Shown: piece by piece, positions 28,197 through 37,299 of the stretch | Position numbering within the stretch: position 1 is the first letter of the stretch | How the letters are laid out: each line of letters begins with the position of its first letter | DNA from: a virus | Taxonomy: Duplodnaviria > Caudoviricetes | Direction: 5' to 3' (one strand) | DNA: 56,689 nt | Virus record (IMG/VR): IMGVR_UViG_3300032331_002769 | Coordinates: 1-56,689 of that record | Translations under genes and position numbers: made by a program | The notes under the pieces: generated by a model | The model's input: the letters and a program-made list of their open reading frames with translations, nothing else | The model's database searches: none | Told to the model about the DNA's origin: nothing

Positions 28197-28774
28197 AATT
28201 AGAGAGAAATGATTATTTTAAAGTTTTTGGAATTATAGTTGCTACAATTATTGTGGCTAGAATTGTTTTTAAATCAAATTTCTCCAGTAAAAATTGGTTT
28301 TTGAAAGATTCAAAATGGTACAACGATGGTAGAAGCAAAAGTATTATTGAAAAATTACACCCTAAATTCAGAAATAAGGTAGCGGAACTATTTTCCAGAG
28401 CCGAGCAAGAACTTGGTTTAATTTTATTTGCTACTTCTGGTTACAGAACATTTGCTGAACAAGTTGCTCTTTACAATCAAAATCACTCAAACGCAAAAGC
28501 TGGTTATTCTAGTCATAATTTTGGATTTGCAGTTGACTTAAACGTAAAGAAAAATGGTAAATTGTATCTTACAAAATCTTCTTCAAATGAAGCTTGGAAA
28601 AAGTCTGGCTTAGTTGATTTGGCTAAAAAAATTGGCATTGATTGGGTAGGGGATTTTGGTAGTTATCACGATCCAGTTCACTTTTTTATCAAGCCAAATG
28701 GTTTATCAACTACTGATTTAAGAGCAATGTATAATTCTGGTAAAAAAGATTCGTCTGGTTACGTTTTAGTTTAA
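28193..28774 (+). CDS. M15-family peptidoglycan peptidase with N-terminal membrane helix
   Basis: SGYRTFAEQ, SSHNFGFAVD, DPVHF. Confidence 0.88.
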   Translation: MKLERNDYFKVFGIIVATIIVARIVFKSNFSSKNWFLKDSKWYNDGRSKSIIEKLHPKFRNKVAELFSRAEQELGLILFATSGYRTFAEQVALYNQNHSNAKAGYSSHNFGFAVDLNVKKNGKLYLTKSSSNEAWKKSGLVDLAKKIGIDWVGDFGSYHDPVHFFIKPNGLSTTDLRAMYNSGKKDSSGYVLV

Positions 28775-28778
28775 ATTT

Positions 28779-29258
28779 ATGGCATTAACTCCACCAACTC
28801 CAAAAACTTGGGATTCCAAAACTGACAATAAAATAAAATTATTGCACCCATTATTACGCCCAATTGCTTCACAATTTATAAATGAAGTTGAAAAACAATT
28901 AGGTAAAAGATTAAGAATAACCGATGGATTCCGAACCTTTGCCGAGCAAGACAAGTTGTATTCACAAGGTAGAACAACAAGCGGAGATATTGTTACAAAA
29001 AGTCGTGGCGGTGCTTCATACCATAATTATGGTTTAGCTTTCGATTGTTACTTTACAATTAATGGTTCTGTTGATTTGAAACACGCCATTACTCCAGAAG
29101 TAGCTAAAATCGGACAAAATTTAGGTTTAGAATGGGGAGGTAATTGGACAAGCATTAAAGATTATCCTCATTTCCAGTTAACAAAAGGAACTATTCAACA
29201 ACTTTTTAAAATTTATAATTCTGGTAAAAAAGATTCTGATGGTTACATTATTGTCTGA
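28779..29258 (+). CDS. M15-family (CwlK-like) L-Ala-D-Glu peptidase / endolysin
   Basis: DGFRTFAEQDKLY, SYHNYGLAFD, WGGNW, DYPHFQ. Confidence 0.92.
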   Translation: MALTPPTPKTWDSKTDNKIKLLHPLLRPIASQFINEVEKQLGKRLRITDGFRTFAEQDKLYSQGRTTSGDIVTKSRGGASYHNYGLAFDCYFTINGSVDLKHAITPEVAKIGQNLGLEWGGNWTSIKDYPHFQLTKGTIQQLFKIYNSGKKDSDGYIIV

Positions 29259-29268
29259 AATTAATAAC

Positions 29269-29276
29269 TAACTTTG
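29269..29276 (+). promoter_or_regulatory. -7 box TAACTTTG
   Basis: TAnnTTTG, intergenic. Confidence 0.6.
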
Positions 29277-29290
29277 AACAAAATATTAGT

Positions 29291-29842
29291 ATGAAATTAG
29301 CGTTTGAAAAATTATTAGAAACTAACAATTTGGAAATTTCAGAACTTCCAAAAATTACTCAAATTGAAATTAAAGAATTAAATTCTTTGAAAGCTTTAGT
29401 TGAGTCAAAACAAAAAATCGGACAAAATGTTACTGCTCAAACATTACAGAAACTAAAAGACAAAGACAATGAAATTGTTGAGGATATTTTAGATTTTCTA
29501 GATGGATCTGACGAAGATGATTCAGATGATGACACCTCTGATGATGACACTTCTGATGATGATACTTCTGATGATGATACTTCTGATTATGATACTTCTG
29601 ATGATGATGACAATGATTTTTCGGATCAAGATGGGGTATTAATTGACAAAGAATTACACCAACTTTTTAAGGCTGGAAATACAACTTTAGAACTTAGTCA
29701 AATTCGTAGTTTAGCACCAACAACTTATGAGTGTATTTTTGAAACTTACGGACAAGACGAACAAAACGGAATTAATACTTCTAATTATTCAATCATTGAA
29801 ACTTCAACCAATTCAGAAACATTTAAAATCTCAAAAAAATGA
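29291..29842 (+). CDS. Hypothetical protein with acidic (DDDTS)n linker
   Basis: 183 aa; tandem repeat in the middle. Confidence 0.8.
   Translation: MKLAFEKLLETNNLEISELPKITQIEIKELNSLKALVESKQKIGQNVTAQTLQKLKDKDNEIVEDILDFLDGSDEDDSDDDTSDDDTSDDDTSDDDTSDYDTSDDDDNDFSDQDGVLIDKELHQLFKAGNTTLELSQIRSLAPTTYECIFETYGQDEQNGINTSNYSIIETSTNSETFKISKK
29522..29610 (+). repeat. 15-bp coding tandem repeat (TCTGATGATGAYACT), about 5-6 copies
   Basis: Directly visible; encodes SDDDT. Confidence 0.85.
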
Positions 29843-30027
29843 TAACTAATTTCTCAACTCCTAGTATAGCTTCTTCTGGAACTGGTGGCGGTAAATCCGA
29901 CAAAACAATTATGTTTGTTTCCTTATTGCTTGTTGGCGTTTTAATTTATAAATTTGTAATTAAGCCAGAAATGGAAAAACAAAAAACAATAGTCAATGAA
30001 AATAGCAGTAATGGGGAGTTTGAATAA
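29839..30027 (+). CDS. Small membrane protein
   Basis: IMFVSLLLVGVLIYKFVI helix. Confidence 0.7.
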   Translation: MITNFSTPSIASSGTGGGKSDKTIMFVSLLLVGVLIYKFVIKPEMEKQKTIVNENSSNGEFE

Positions 30028-30208
30028 AGGACAAACAATTGCCTTAATAACATCGGTAGGAGTTTTATTAGCTGGAACAATTGCAGTTATAGAGTATCTG
30101 AATAGTCGCAGACATCGTGAATTGCAAAGAAAAAATGCTGAACTTGAAAACAAAATCAAGCAAATACAGTTGGTAAAATTAACCTCTGAATTGGAGGGTA
30201 ATTACTAA
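29996..30208 (+). CDS. Small membrane protein with coiled coil
   Basis: IALITSVGVLLAGTIAVI helix; start uncertain. Confidence 0.7.
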   Translation: MKIAVMGSLNKGQTIALITSVGVLLAGTIAVIEYLNSRRHRELQRKNAELENKIKQIQLVKLTSELEGNY

Positions 30209-30480
30209 ACTTCTTTAAAGATATTTAGCAAGTTGGCAGTTGTGTACCAACGATTATTTTTTTTGTTTGAAGCCAAGTAAAAATGCACATTTACTTTGTC
30301 GCCAGTTTTGAAATTTTGAATTAAATTTTCAAAGTAAACCGCTTTACAACAAAGGTTTACATTTCTCTTATTAGAATGACCTACCTCCAAAGTTATTGAG
30401 CAATAATCTTCGGCAATATTTATTTCTGAAATAATGCCTTTAATTTCGTTGAATTTGATTTGTTTTTGGTTGTTTATCAT
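30205..30480 (-). CDS. DUF3127-like OB-fold protein
   Basis: FKTGDKVNVHFYL..NRWYT pattern. Confidence 0.55.
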   Translation of the reverse strand: MINNQKQIKFNEIKGIISEINIAEDYCSITLEVGHSNKRNVNLCCKAVYFENLIQNFKTGDKVNVHFYLASNKKNNRWYTTANLLNIFKEV

Positions 30481-30524
30481 CTAAAAAAAATATGGGTAAA
30501 GATAGCTATTTCAAACTAAAGTTG

Positions 30525-30532
30525 TATATTTG
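30525..30532 (+). promoter_or_regulatory. -7 box TATATTTG (divergent region; TATCTTTA variant on minus strand at 30497-30504)
   Basis: TAnnTTTG in the divergent intergenic gap. Confidence 0.6.
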
Positions 30533-30569
30533 TTCCCTATTGAGCAATAATTGTATTTAAAACTGAACA

Positions 30570-31013
30570 ATGATAGAAGAACAAAATAGAAGCGTGAGTT
30601 CGGCAGTTTCTACCTTGCTTAAAAATATTTCAGATGGATTGTCCGTATTGTCAATTGACGAATTAAACAAAGCAATTTCTGAAATTTTGGTTAAGAAAAA
30701 AGAAAAAGCAAAAGACGTTGAGCAGTTAATAGAGATTGTCTGTAAAGAATTTAAACTTTCAAAGAAAGCACTCAAAGAAAAGTATTCTAGAAACAACATT
30801 TATTCGGCTAAAATAATTCTGTTTGTGATAATGAATAAGCACATTGGAATGTCAAAGCGAAGCATTGCTAAGTTGTTTGATACGTTTCCTAACTCTGTCA
30901 ATGTAGCAGTTATTCATTTTGAACAAATGAATCCAGAAAAGTTTAAAGCAGACAAGGATTTTCTTGTCATTTATCAAAAGTGTTTAACCAATTTTTTACA
31001 AAAAATAAGTTAG
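30570..31013 (+). CDS. Second DnaA-C-like HTH protein
   Basis: LIEIVCKEFKLSKKAL...AKIILFVIM...MSKRSIAKLF...SVNVAV. Confidence 0.55.
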   Translation: MIEEQNRSVSSAVSTLLKNISDGLSVLSIDELNKAISEILVKKKEKAKDVEQLIEIVCKEFKLSKKALKEKYSRNNIYSAKIILFVIMNKHIGMSKRSIAKLFDTFPNSVNVAVIHFEQMNPEKFKADKDFLVIYQKCLTNFLQKIS

Positions 31014-31014
31014 T

Positions 31015-32181
31015 ATGGCTAAAAATAGCACCATTTACCAAAAGAGAGGGAATTTGAATTTCAAAGAAAGAAAAATGATTTCCGAGATAAACGCAGTTCT
31101 GGAAAAATCCCCAGAACTAGAACAAAGCATTGTTCCAGCTTCTAACTTTGACGAACTAAAAGAATTACACACCAAGTATATTGCAGAAGTTGTTGAATTT
31201 GAAGAAGTTGCACCTAGCAGTTCAACTGAAACACCAAAGTCCGCACCAATTATAGATCCATTGAATCGTGATGAACCAAATGTCCGAGAATATGTAATGG
31301 ACGATAAGTTTGATCCATTTGCCGATTTCACACAAAGCAAAAATTCTAATTATCAAGAACCGACTAATTATGGACAAGCTTTTGATTTGCCAGATGAAGA
31401 AGATATGTCGAATCCAAGACAAAATAGAGATAGAAATTCTCAAAAATCTAATTCTAAGCAAAATCAACGTCCTCAACCAATTATGTCTGGAGAAGATACT
31501 GGAAAGGATAAAAGACGTTCAAAAAGATTTGCAAAATCAATCATTAACACTACTTGTAATCTAATTGAAGTTGGATTTGTTTGGTTTGCAACCAAAGATA
31601 TTAACGAAAGCAAATTAGTGGAGTATGAACTAACTAATGAAATTGACGTAAACTCTTTGTTAGAAATGCCAAATGGAGCTGAAATAACAGTTAGAGAGTT
31701 CTTTTTAAGCCAATTAGGACAAATTGAATCAGCTTCCAAAATTACACAAGAAGAACGTGAAGATTTAACCGATGGTTTAACTGAAATTTTCATTGAAAAA
31801 AATATTCAACCAAGTCCAGCTTATGAATTTGGAATGACTGCTTTAAGCGTTGTTGCTAAAAAAGGTATTCAATTGTATATGATTTCTACCCAAAACAATC
31901 AAATAATCAATCAATTGAGAGAAAAAAATGCTTTGTTAAGAGGGGAGCAACCTATTTACAGAGAGCCAGAAGCACCAACACCACCATTTCAAAGTGAATC
32001 AGTTGCCGAAACGGTTATTAGTAAAAGACCAGCTTCAAACAAACCATCTAGTTCCCCAGAATACCTTGAACAATTAAAAATGGCAAGAGAATCAGAGAAC
32101 AACCTATCAACGGAAGATGATATTGATATGCAAATGGAAAATGAATTATCTTTGTTAGAACAAATTGAAACGAAAGAATAA
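31015..32181 (+). CDS. Hypothetical protein, possible packaging accessory factor
   Basis: 388 aa, translationally coupled to the ATPase; low-complexity flanks. Confidence 0.7.
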   Translation: MAKNSTIYQKRGNLNFKERKMISEINAVLEKSPELEQSIVPASNFDELKELHTKYIAEVVEFEEVAPSSSTETPKSAPIIDPLNRDEPNVREYVMDDKFDPFADFTQSKNSNYQEPTNYGQAFDLPDEEDMSNPRQNRDRNSQKSNSKQNQRPQPIMSGEDTGKDKRRSKRFAKSIINTTCNLIEVGFVWFATKDINESKLVEYELTNEIDVNSLLEMPNGAEITVREFFLSQLGQIESASKITQEEREDLTDGLTEIFIEKNIQPSPAYEFGMTALSVVAKKGIQLYMISTQNNQIINQLREKNALLRGEQPIYREPEAPTPPFQSESVAETVISKRPASNKPSSSPEYLEQLKMARESENNLSTEDDIDMQMENELSLLEQIETKE

Positions 32182-33008
32182 TGAGTGAACAAAGAGAAGC
32201 TGGAATGATGGCTATAACTGGCGTTCAAGGAGTTGGAAAAACTTACTTGAATCAGCATATAATTTATGACTATTGCCGAGATAAGCCGAGTATTAGAGTT
32301 CGTGGAAGAAAGTGTTTAATTTTTGATACGAATGGGGAATACACAAAAGCACAATTTGATAAAAATGGATTGAAGAATTTTGAAGCCAAAGTTTTAGCTT
32401 TAAAAGACGTTGGTGGCTGGAGTAAAGATCCAAGCGTTGAATGTAGAAGAATTGAAGCAAAATCCTTGTCTATTCAGCAAAAACGTGATGCAATTGAATA
32501 CATAATGCGACATTTTAGAAACGGAATGTTAGTGCTAGAGGACGTTAACACCTATATTTTAAATGTTACCCACATGGAAAAAATTGTTTCTGGATTGGTT
32601 TCTTTAAGACATAGGGCAGTTGACATTTTAATTTCATATCAATCATTACGTCCAGTTGAGCCAAGAATTTGGCAAAATTCACGCTGGATACGAATGCACT
32701 ACCAAGCAGATAACGTAAATGACATTAAGTTAAAAGTAACCAATCCTATTCTTTTTAAAATCGCCCAAAATATTGTAAACACTAGATACTTTGATGGCGA
32801 CAAAAGATTTTACGTTTATATTCACAATTTCTCAAATAAAATTGAGGGAGATTTTACTTTAGACGAATTTAAAAAAGCTTGTAAGCAATATGTAAATGCA
32901 AACAAGAAATACCTCCGAGAATTTAAGGAAATGAATGAATGTACAATGGAAGAAGCAATTGAGGGATTGACTAAACAATACATAAGCCAGTATTATGGGA
33001 ATAAATAA
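32181..33008 (+). CDS. FtsK-HerA superfamily (A32/P9-like) genome packaging ATPase
   Basis: Walker A GVQGVGKT, LIFDTNGEY, Walker B LVLED, arginine finger/sensor LRH...ISYQ; 275 aa with no nuclease domain. Confidence 0.8.
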   Translation: MSEQREAGMMAITGVQGVGKTYLNQHIIYDYCRDKPSIRVRGRKCLIFDTNGEYTKAQFDKNGLKNFEAKVLALKDVGGWSKDPSVECRRIEAKSLSIQQKRDAIEYIMRHFRNGMLVLEDVNTYILNVTHMEKIVSGLVSLRHRAVDILISYQSLRPVEPRIWQNSRWIRMHYQADNVNDIKLKVTNPILFKIAQNIVNTRYFDGDKRFYVYIHNFSNKIEGDFTLDEFKKACKQYVNANKKYLREFKEMNECTMEEAIEGLTKQYISQYYGNK

Positions 33009-33228
33009 CGAATTTTTTTATTTTTATTGCACTTTGAATTTAATTGCAATCTTATTAGGTTTATTGAGAACTGACTTGCAAAGAATAAAAAATGATTTGA
33101 AACATTTTTTTAGGATAAATAGCTGGTTAATTTTTATTGGTTTACTTCTAATTTTCTTTGCAGTATTACCATTAACAATTCCATATTCAATTAAAAATAT
33201 TATCAACAATAAAAGGAACAATTTTTAA
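32995..33228 (+). CDS. Small two-TM membrane protein
   Basis: Two hydrophobic segments. Confidence 0.65.
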   Translation: MGINNEFFYFYCTLNLIAILLGLLRTDLQRIKNDLKHFFRINSWLIFIGLLLIFFAVLPLTIPYSIKNIINNKRNNF

Positions 33229-33247
33229 AATTTTAAAACAAATAAGA

Positions 33248-33721
33248 ATGAAAAAACCAATGAAAATGCAACTTGACAAATGCCCACGTCTGTCATATTT
33301 GAAAAATCGAATTACCCATACTCAAAAAGAAATTGAGGAATTGAATAATTTGATACGTTTATCTGTTGAGGAACTTTCCAAAGACAAAAGTGAATTTGAA
33401 AAATGTGAGATCCGCATTAAAGTATTGAGAGCCAATAAAAACTTACCAACTTGTTATGTTGATTTGGAGAAAACAGAAACCGACTTTAAAAAATGGAAAT
33501 TACATATCCAAAAATTTATGGACGAAGCAAATGTTGACTACGAAGAAGTAATTGCAAAAGCAAGAAAAGAAATCCTTTCAAGTGAGCCAATAAAAAGAAT
33601 CTTTGAAGAATACAAACAGTTTGATTTGGAAAAGAATTTTGAAGCCAAAGTTTCTTTTTACGCAAACTTAAAAACTGAAATGAATAAAGAGCCAGAAGAA
33701 AAGAGTTTGCCAAAAAATTAG
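33248..33721 (+). CDS. Coiled-coil hypothetical protein
   Basis: 157 aa helical ORF with conserved start motif. Confidence 0.75.
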   Translation: MKKPMKMQLDKCPRLSYLKNRITHTQKEIEELNNLIRLSVEELSKDKSEFEKCEIRIKVLRANKNLPTCYVDLEKTETDFKKWKLHIQKFMDEANVDYEEVIAKARKEILSSEPIKRIFEEYKQFDLEKNFEAKVSFYANLKTEMNKEPEEKSLPKN

Positions 33722-33723
33722 CA

Positions 33724-34536
33724 ATGAATTTAATTTTGTTGCTTTGTAAGGACTACAACAAAAACACACATCGTTTTTGCCATTTTTTAAATGAACATTT
33801 GAAAATAAGTGCTAAAATGATTGTTGATAATAATGCAAAAGACTACTCTCAATTATACCCAAACGAAATTATCCAAATTTCTGACGATAAGTGTATTGAG
33901 AGTGGTTTTATCAATAGTTTTTCTGGCTTGACAGATGCTTTAATTAAAAAAAATCCAATTGCATTTGACAAAGCTATTTACTTTCTTTCTGAATTAAATT
34001 TTGACAAGGCATTTATTATTGAGTACGATTGTCTGGTAATGAATCCAAAAATATTCCAGTATTATTTTTGTACTGAATTTGATTTATTAGTTCCTCAACA
34101 TACTCCTAGATTAAATAATTCTTTAGACTGGCATTGGAGAAGCATTGAAAAAAGTATAGATGCTCCTTATTTTTTTTCAATGGTATGTTGTGTAGGAGTT
34201 TCAAAAAAAATGATTGACAAAGTTGTAGAACATAAGCAAAAAATAGGTTCACTTTTTTATGCAGAAGCAATGCTCAACACAATTGCACACCAACAAAATT
34301 TGATAATTAAAATCCCAAAACAATTTTCAAGTATTGTTGCAATGGCAGATTGGAGTGAATCTTATTTTGTAAATTTTCCAAATAATATTTTCCACCCAGT
34401 TAAAGACATTGAAAAACACAATTTTTACAGATTTTTAAAAGTTGTAACCATTAAATATTGCTTATCAGTTCAATGTAGAGTTATTTGTCCTCAACCATAT
34501 CAAAAACAAATGTTTCCTAAATTTTTAAAACGATGA
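33724..34536 (+). CDS. Putative GT-A glycosyltransferase-like protein
   Basis: AFIIEYDC (DxD-like), FYAEAM, IFHPVK; adjacent to a GT2. Confidence 0.5.
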   Translation: MNLILLLCKDYNKNTHRFCHFLNEHLKISAKMIVDNNAKDYSQLYPNEIIQISDDKCIESGFINSFSGLTDALIKKNPIAFDKAIYFLSELNFDKAFIIEYDCLVMNPKIFQYYFCTEFDLLVPQHTPRLNNSLDWHWRSIEKSIDAPYFFSMVCCVGVSKKMIDKVVEHKQKIGSLFYAEAMLNTIAHQQNLIIKIPKQFSSIVAMADWSESYFVNFPNNIFHPVKDIEKHNFYRFLKVVTIKYCLSVQCRVICPQPYQKQMFPKFLKR

Positions 34537-35447
34537 AATTAACGTCTTTTTTACTTGTGATTAATGAATCCACAACTGACGTATCTAATTTGCTTGACAA
34601 TATAAAGTACGCTGGTAGCCGAGTTCAACTATTAGTTTTTAATAACTTTTGTTACAACACAAAAATAATTAATCAATTGAAAGAGATTGCTAGTATTTGG
34701 ATTGATAATTCAACTCCATTTGTTCAAAATTTTTCAGAATGCGTTAATGAACTTTTAAGACTTGCTAATGGGGAATTTATTTGTGTTGCTAGAGAAGATG
34801 CTTTGATTTGTTCAGATTGGCTTTCTACATTGATAGAAACGCATACCTTAGTGTTAAATTCTGGAGTGATAAGCGTGAATGATTTTAGTACAACGGAGGG
34901 TAATTATCAGTTAACAGTTTTTGATGATATGCACTGGGTTTACAACAAAGATTTCCGAATCAATAATTTTGCTTTTTTCAGAAAAGACTTGATTTATAAA
35001 ATTGGTGGATTTGACACAAAATTGAATGGAGTTTATGCTTTTTGGGATTTTTGTGATCGTGCAATGGCAGTTGGTTTTTACAACTATTTTGTTCCTAAAA
35101 CTTCAATGATTAGAGAAAGCTTATATTTAGACCATTTTACAGAGCCTACACCAAAAGAATTTAAAAACAGAAAAATATCAGATTTTGTTTCAGTTTTTAA
35201 ATTAACTCCAAAAGCGGAATTTAACATTAAAAAATTATCAACTGAATCAAATGGAGTATTTACTTACAACGAAAAGCTAGGTGCTATTATTTTTACTCAA
35301 AAAAATGAAATAAATCTCCAATTCCTTAAAGTTTTAGCTGACAATATTGAAAAATTACAACTTGAAATGAATTTGAGTTGTTCTAGTTACTTTGAAAACA
35401 ATGTTTTAAAAATGAGTTTTGTAGGAATTATTCGTCCGAAAGAATAA
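34533..35447 (+). CDS. GT2-family glycosyltransferase
   Basis: ANGEFICVAREDA, FFRKDLIYKIGGFD, WDFCDRAMAVGF. Confidence 0.75.
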   Translation: MKLTSFLLVINESTTDVSNLLDNIKYAGSRVQLLVFNNFCYNTKIINQLKEIASIWIDNSTPFVQNFSECVNELLRLANGEFICVAREDALICSDWLSTLIETHTLVLNSGVISVNDFSTTEGNYQLTVFDDMHWVYNKDFRINNFAFFRKDLIYKIGGFDTKLNGVYAFWDFCDRAMAVGFYNYFVPKTSMIRESLYLDHFTEPTPKEFKNRKISDFVSVFKLTPKAEFNIKKLSTESNGVFTYNEKLGAIIFTQKNEINLQFLKVLADNIEKLQLEMNLSCSSYFENNVLKMSFVGIIRPKE

Positions 35448-35473
35448 ACTATTTGTTCAGTATTGCACTATTG

Positions 35474-35501
35474 AAACCTTTGATTTATCAAGGGTTTTTT
35501 T
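35474..35501 (+). terminator. Intrinsic terminator
   Basis: AAACCTTTGAT/ATCAAGGGTTT stem followed by a T run. Confidence 0.7.
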
Positions 35502-35556
35502 GTTTTATAAGCTTTTTTGAACAATTAATTCATTGAATCATATTTAATTCTATACT

Positions 35557-35564
35557 TAAATTTG
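35557..35564 (+). promoter_or_regulatory. -7 box TAAATTTG heading the capsid operon
   Basis: TAnnTTTG after the terminator. Confidence 0.7.
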
Positions 35565-35603
35565 AATCTGAAATATTTATTCTATCATTTAAAATTTTAA
35601 AAA

Positions 35604-35705
35604 ATGAAACCAACATTAAACGTAACAGATTTCGCAATCATTTTAGGTTTGTTTATGGTGGGTGCTATCGTACACCAAAAGGTTGTTGCACCACGTCTTA
35701 AATAA
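35604..35705 (+). CDS. 33 aa membrane peptide (not in ORF track)
   Basis: MKPTLNVTDFAIILGLFMVGAIVHQKVVAPRLK; first gene after the promoter. Confidence 0.65.
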   Translation: MKPTLNVTDFAIILGLFMVGAIVHQKVVAPRLK

Positions 35706-35719
35706 TTGAGCCTATTTGC

Positions 35720-35940
35720 ATAGAAAAGTCTTTTTTATCAATTTTAGACTTGTGTTGCTACCAACTAAATGTAGGATTTGTAACACCAGCAAACAGAAAA
35801 AATGAAAGTAGGAAACTTCAAATTTCCGTTTTTTTAAACAAGGGTTTTTCTTAAAAAACTTCCGTTGTATTTTGCAGTTTGTGAGGGAATCAAACGCACC
35901 AGAAATGGTTAAAAAAAAAGAAATTTTCCGAAAGGAATAA
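35720..35940 (+). ncRNA. Candidate structured RNA / leader upstream of the putative capsid gene
   Basis: About 245 nt non-coding with several hairpins, including TTCC-GAAA-GGAA (35926-35937) and GGAAA..TTTCC (35811-35827). Confidence 0.35.
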
Positions 35941-35951
35941 AACGAAGAAAA

Positions 35952-36692
35952 ATGACTTCAAACGAAAAAGAACTTCATAGATTTCTAGGCGTTGCAGAAG
36001 CAATGTCTGGATATGATGGAATGGACTACTTCGATGGCGATGGTATGTCTTATTTTGACGATTTTGATGGTGATGATTTTGACGGCGATGGTATGTCTTT
36101 CGCTTCTGGTTCTCCAGCTCAAAACGTATCTGATCCTTATGTTATCCAATATGATAATACTGGTTTGCCACAAGCAACAGCATATTTATTTGGATACAAT
36201 GCTTATTACCCAGATCCTGCTGGTGGTAATGGTGGCGTTGTTATTACCAACTTACAAGGTGGTACTTCTTACATTGGATTTGTTGCTCAAACCGCTACTA
36301 AACCTTTGAAAATCGGTAAATGGCGTTTTCAATCAGCAAATTTGGCACAGTTAAGCCAAACTTTAACGATTACGCATTATGATGCGAATGGTAAAAGTTA
36401 CAACACGCCATTGAACTTATCAATTATGCGTGATGCTTACCAGTTCCAATCTGACATTTTAGATATTTCTAAAACAGTTATCGTTGATGCAAACACTGTA
36501 ATTTCGTTCCAAATTTTAGCGAACACAGTTATGGTTATTTCGATGTTCCCAGTAGCAGTATTGTCTAGCAAAGCAGTTCTTAATGGAGGTACTTCATTAA
36601 ACACAGCAGTTGCACCAAGATTGTCTGGTAAAAACGTAGCACCAGTTATCATTAACACAAACCAACGTGTTGGTGGAGTTAACAAAGGCTAA
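35952..36692 (+). CDS. Putative major capsid protein (single jelly-roll-like) with acidic FDG-repeat N-terminal leader
   Basis: Beta-strand-rich core of about 150 aa, own promoter and leader, strong terminator directly after, near packaging ATPase, paralog at 41628. Confidence 0.55.
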   Translation: MTSNEKELHRFLGVAEAMSGYDGMDYFDGDGMSYFDDFDGDDFDGDGMSFASGSPAQNVSDPYVIQYDNTGLPQATAYLFGYNAYYPDPAGGNGGVVITNLQGGTSYIGFVAQTATKPLKIGKWRFQSANLAQLSQTLTITHYDANGKSYNTPLNLSIMRDAYQFQSDILDISKTVIVDANTVISFQILANTVMVISMFPVAVLSSKAVLNGGTSLNTAVAPRLSGKNVAPVIINTNQRVGGVNKG

Positions 36693-36714
36693 TTCAAACC
36701 GAAATCTATAAAAG

Positions 36715-36747
36715 AAAGGCAAGGGCAGAACGCCTTTGCCTTTTTTT
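36715..36747 (+). terminator. Intrinsic terminator after the putative MCP
   Basis: AAAGGCAAGGGC/GCCTTTGCCTTT stem with T tail. Confidence 0.85.
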
Positions 36748-36765
36748 CTTTAAAAAAGTTACGAA

Positions 36766-37299
36766 ATGAGAACACCAGAAAGAACGCAGTCTAAGAAACA
36801 AAAAATTACATTGCTTGGTTTAATTGCAAATACTTCTACCGCAAATGCAAGACGATTGCTTAAAAAATACGGAGAGCCAGATGCAACAAGTCATAAAGAT
36901 TTAGAATTTAAACTTTCAAAACTTTATGCAAAAACTGATGATAAGGTGCAACTTGAAAAAGAAATTGCTGAAATCCACCCTCACAAAGAATTTATTTTAC
37001 ATAATTTAGTTGAACTTGCACCAAAGCCAGATATTTCAATTAATGAGGTTGAGCAAAAAATAAAAGCAATGGCTACTAGCGGTTGTCCTTGCGGGAATCC
37101 AAATTGTAGAAAAAATGAAATGTCAAATGCTTGTGGTTGTTCTAATTTTGGAGGAACTTCAAATGCTTGTGGCAGTTGTTCTGGAGCAGATGGTTCTGGA
37201 ACTGAATCAACAACAAAAATTCAATCATTAGACAATGGTTTAATGGTATTGGGTATTGTCGGAATTATTACTATCTTCGCTTTGACTTTAAAAAAATAA
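36766..37299 (+). CDS. Tail-anchored membrane protein with Cys-rich SNACG repeats
   Basis: CPCGNPNC, SNACG twice, C-terminal TM followed by KK. Confidence 0.75.
   Translation: MRTPERTQSKKQKITLLGLIANTSTANARRLLKKYGEPDATSHKDLEFKLSKLYAKTDDKVQLEKEIAEIHPHKEFILHNLVELAPKPDISINEVEQKIKAMATSGCPCGNPNCRKNEMSNACGCSNFGGTSNACGSCSGADGSGTESTTKIQSLDNGLMVLGIVGIITIFALTLKK

Noticed and set aside
29522-29610. CRISPR array
   Set aside because: Contiguous 15-bp coding repeats with no spacers; no cas genes seen.
32181-33008. Terminase large subunit
   Set aside because: Too short, no RNase H nuclease domain, and motifs fit FtsK-HerA rather than TerL.
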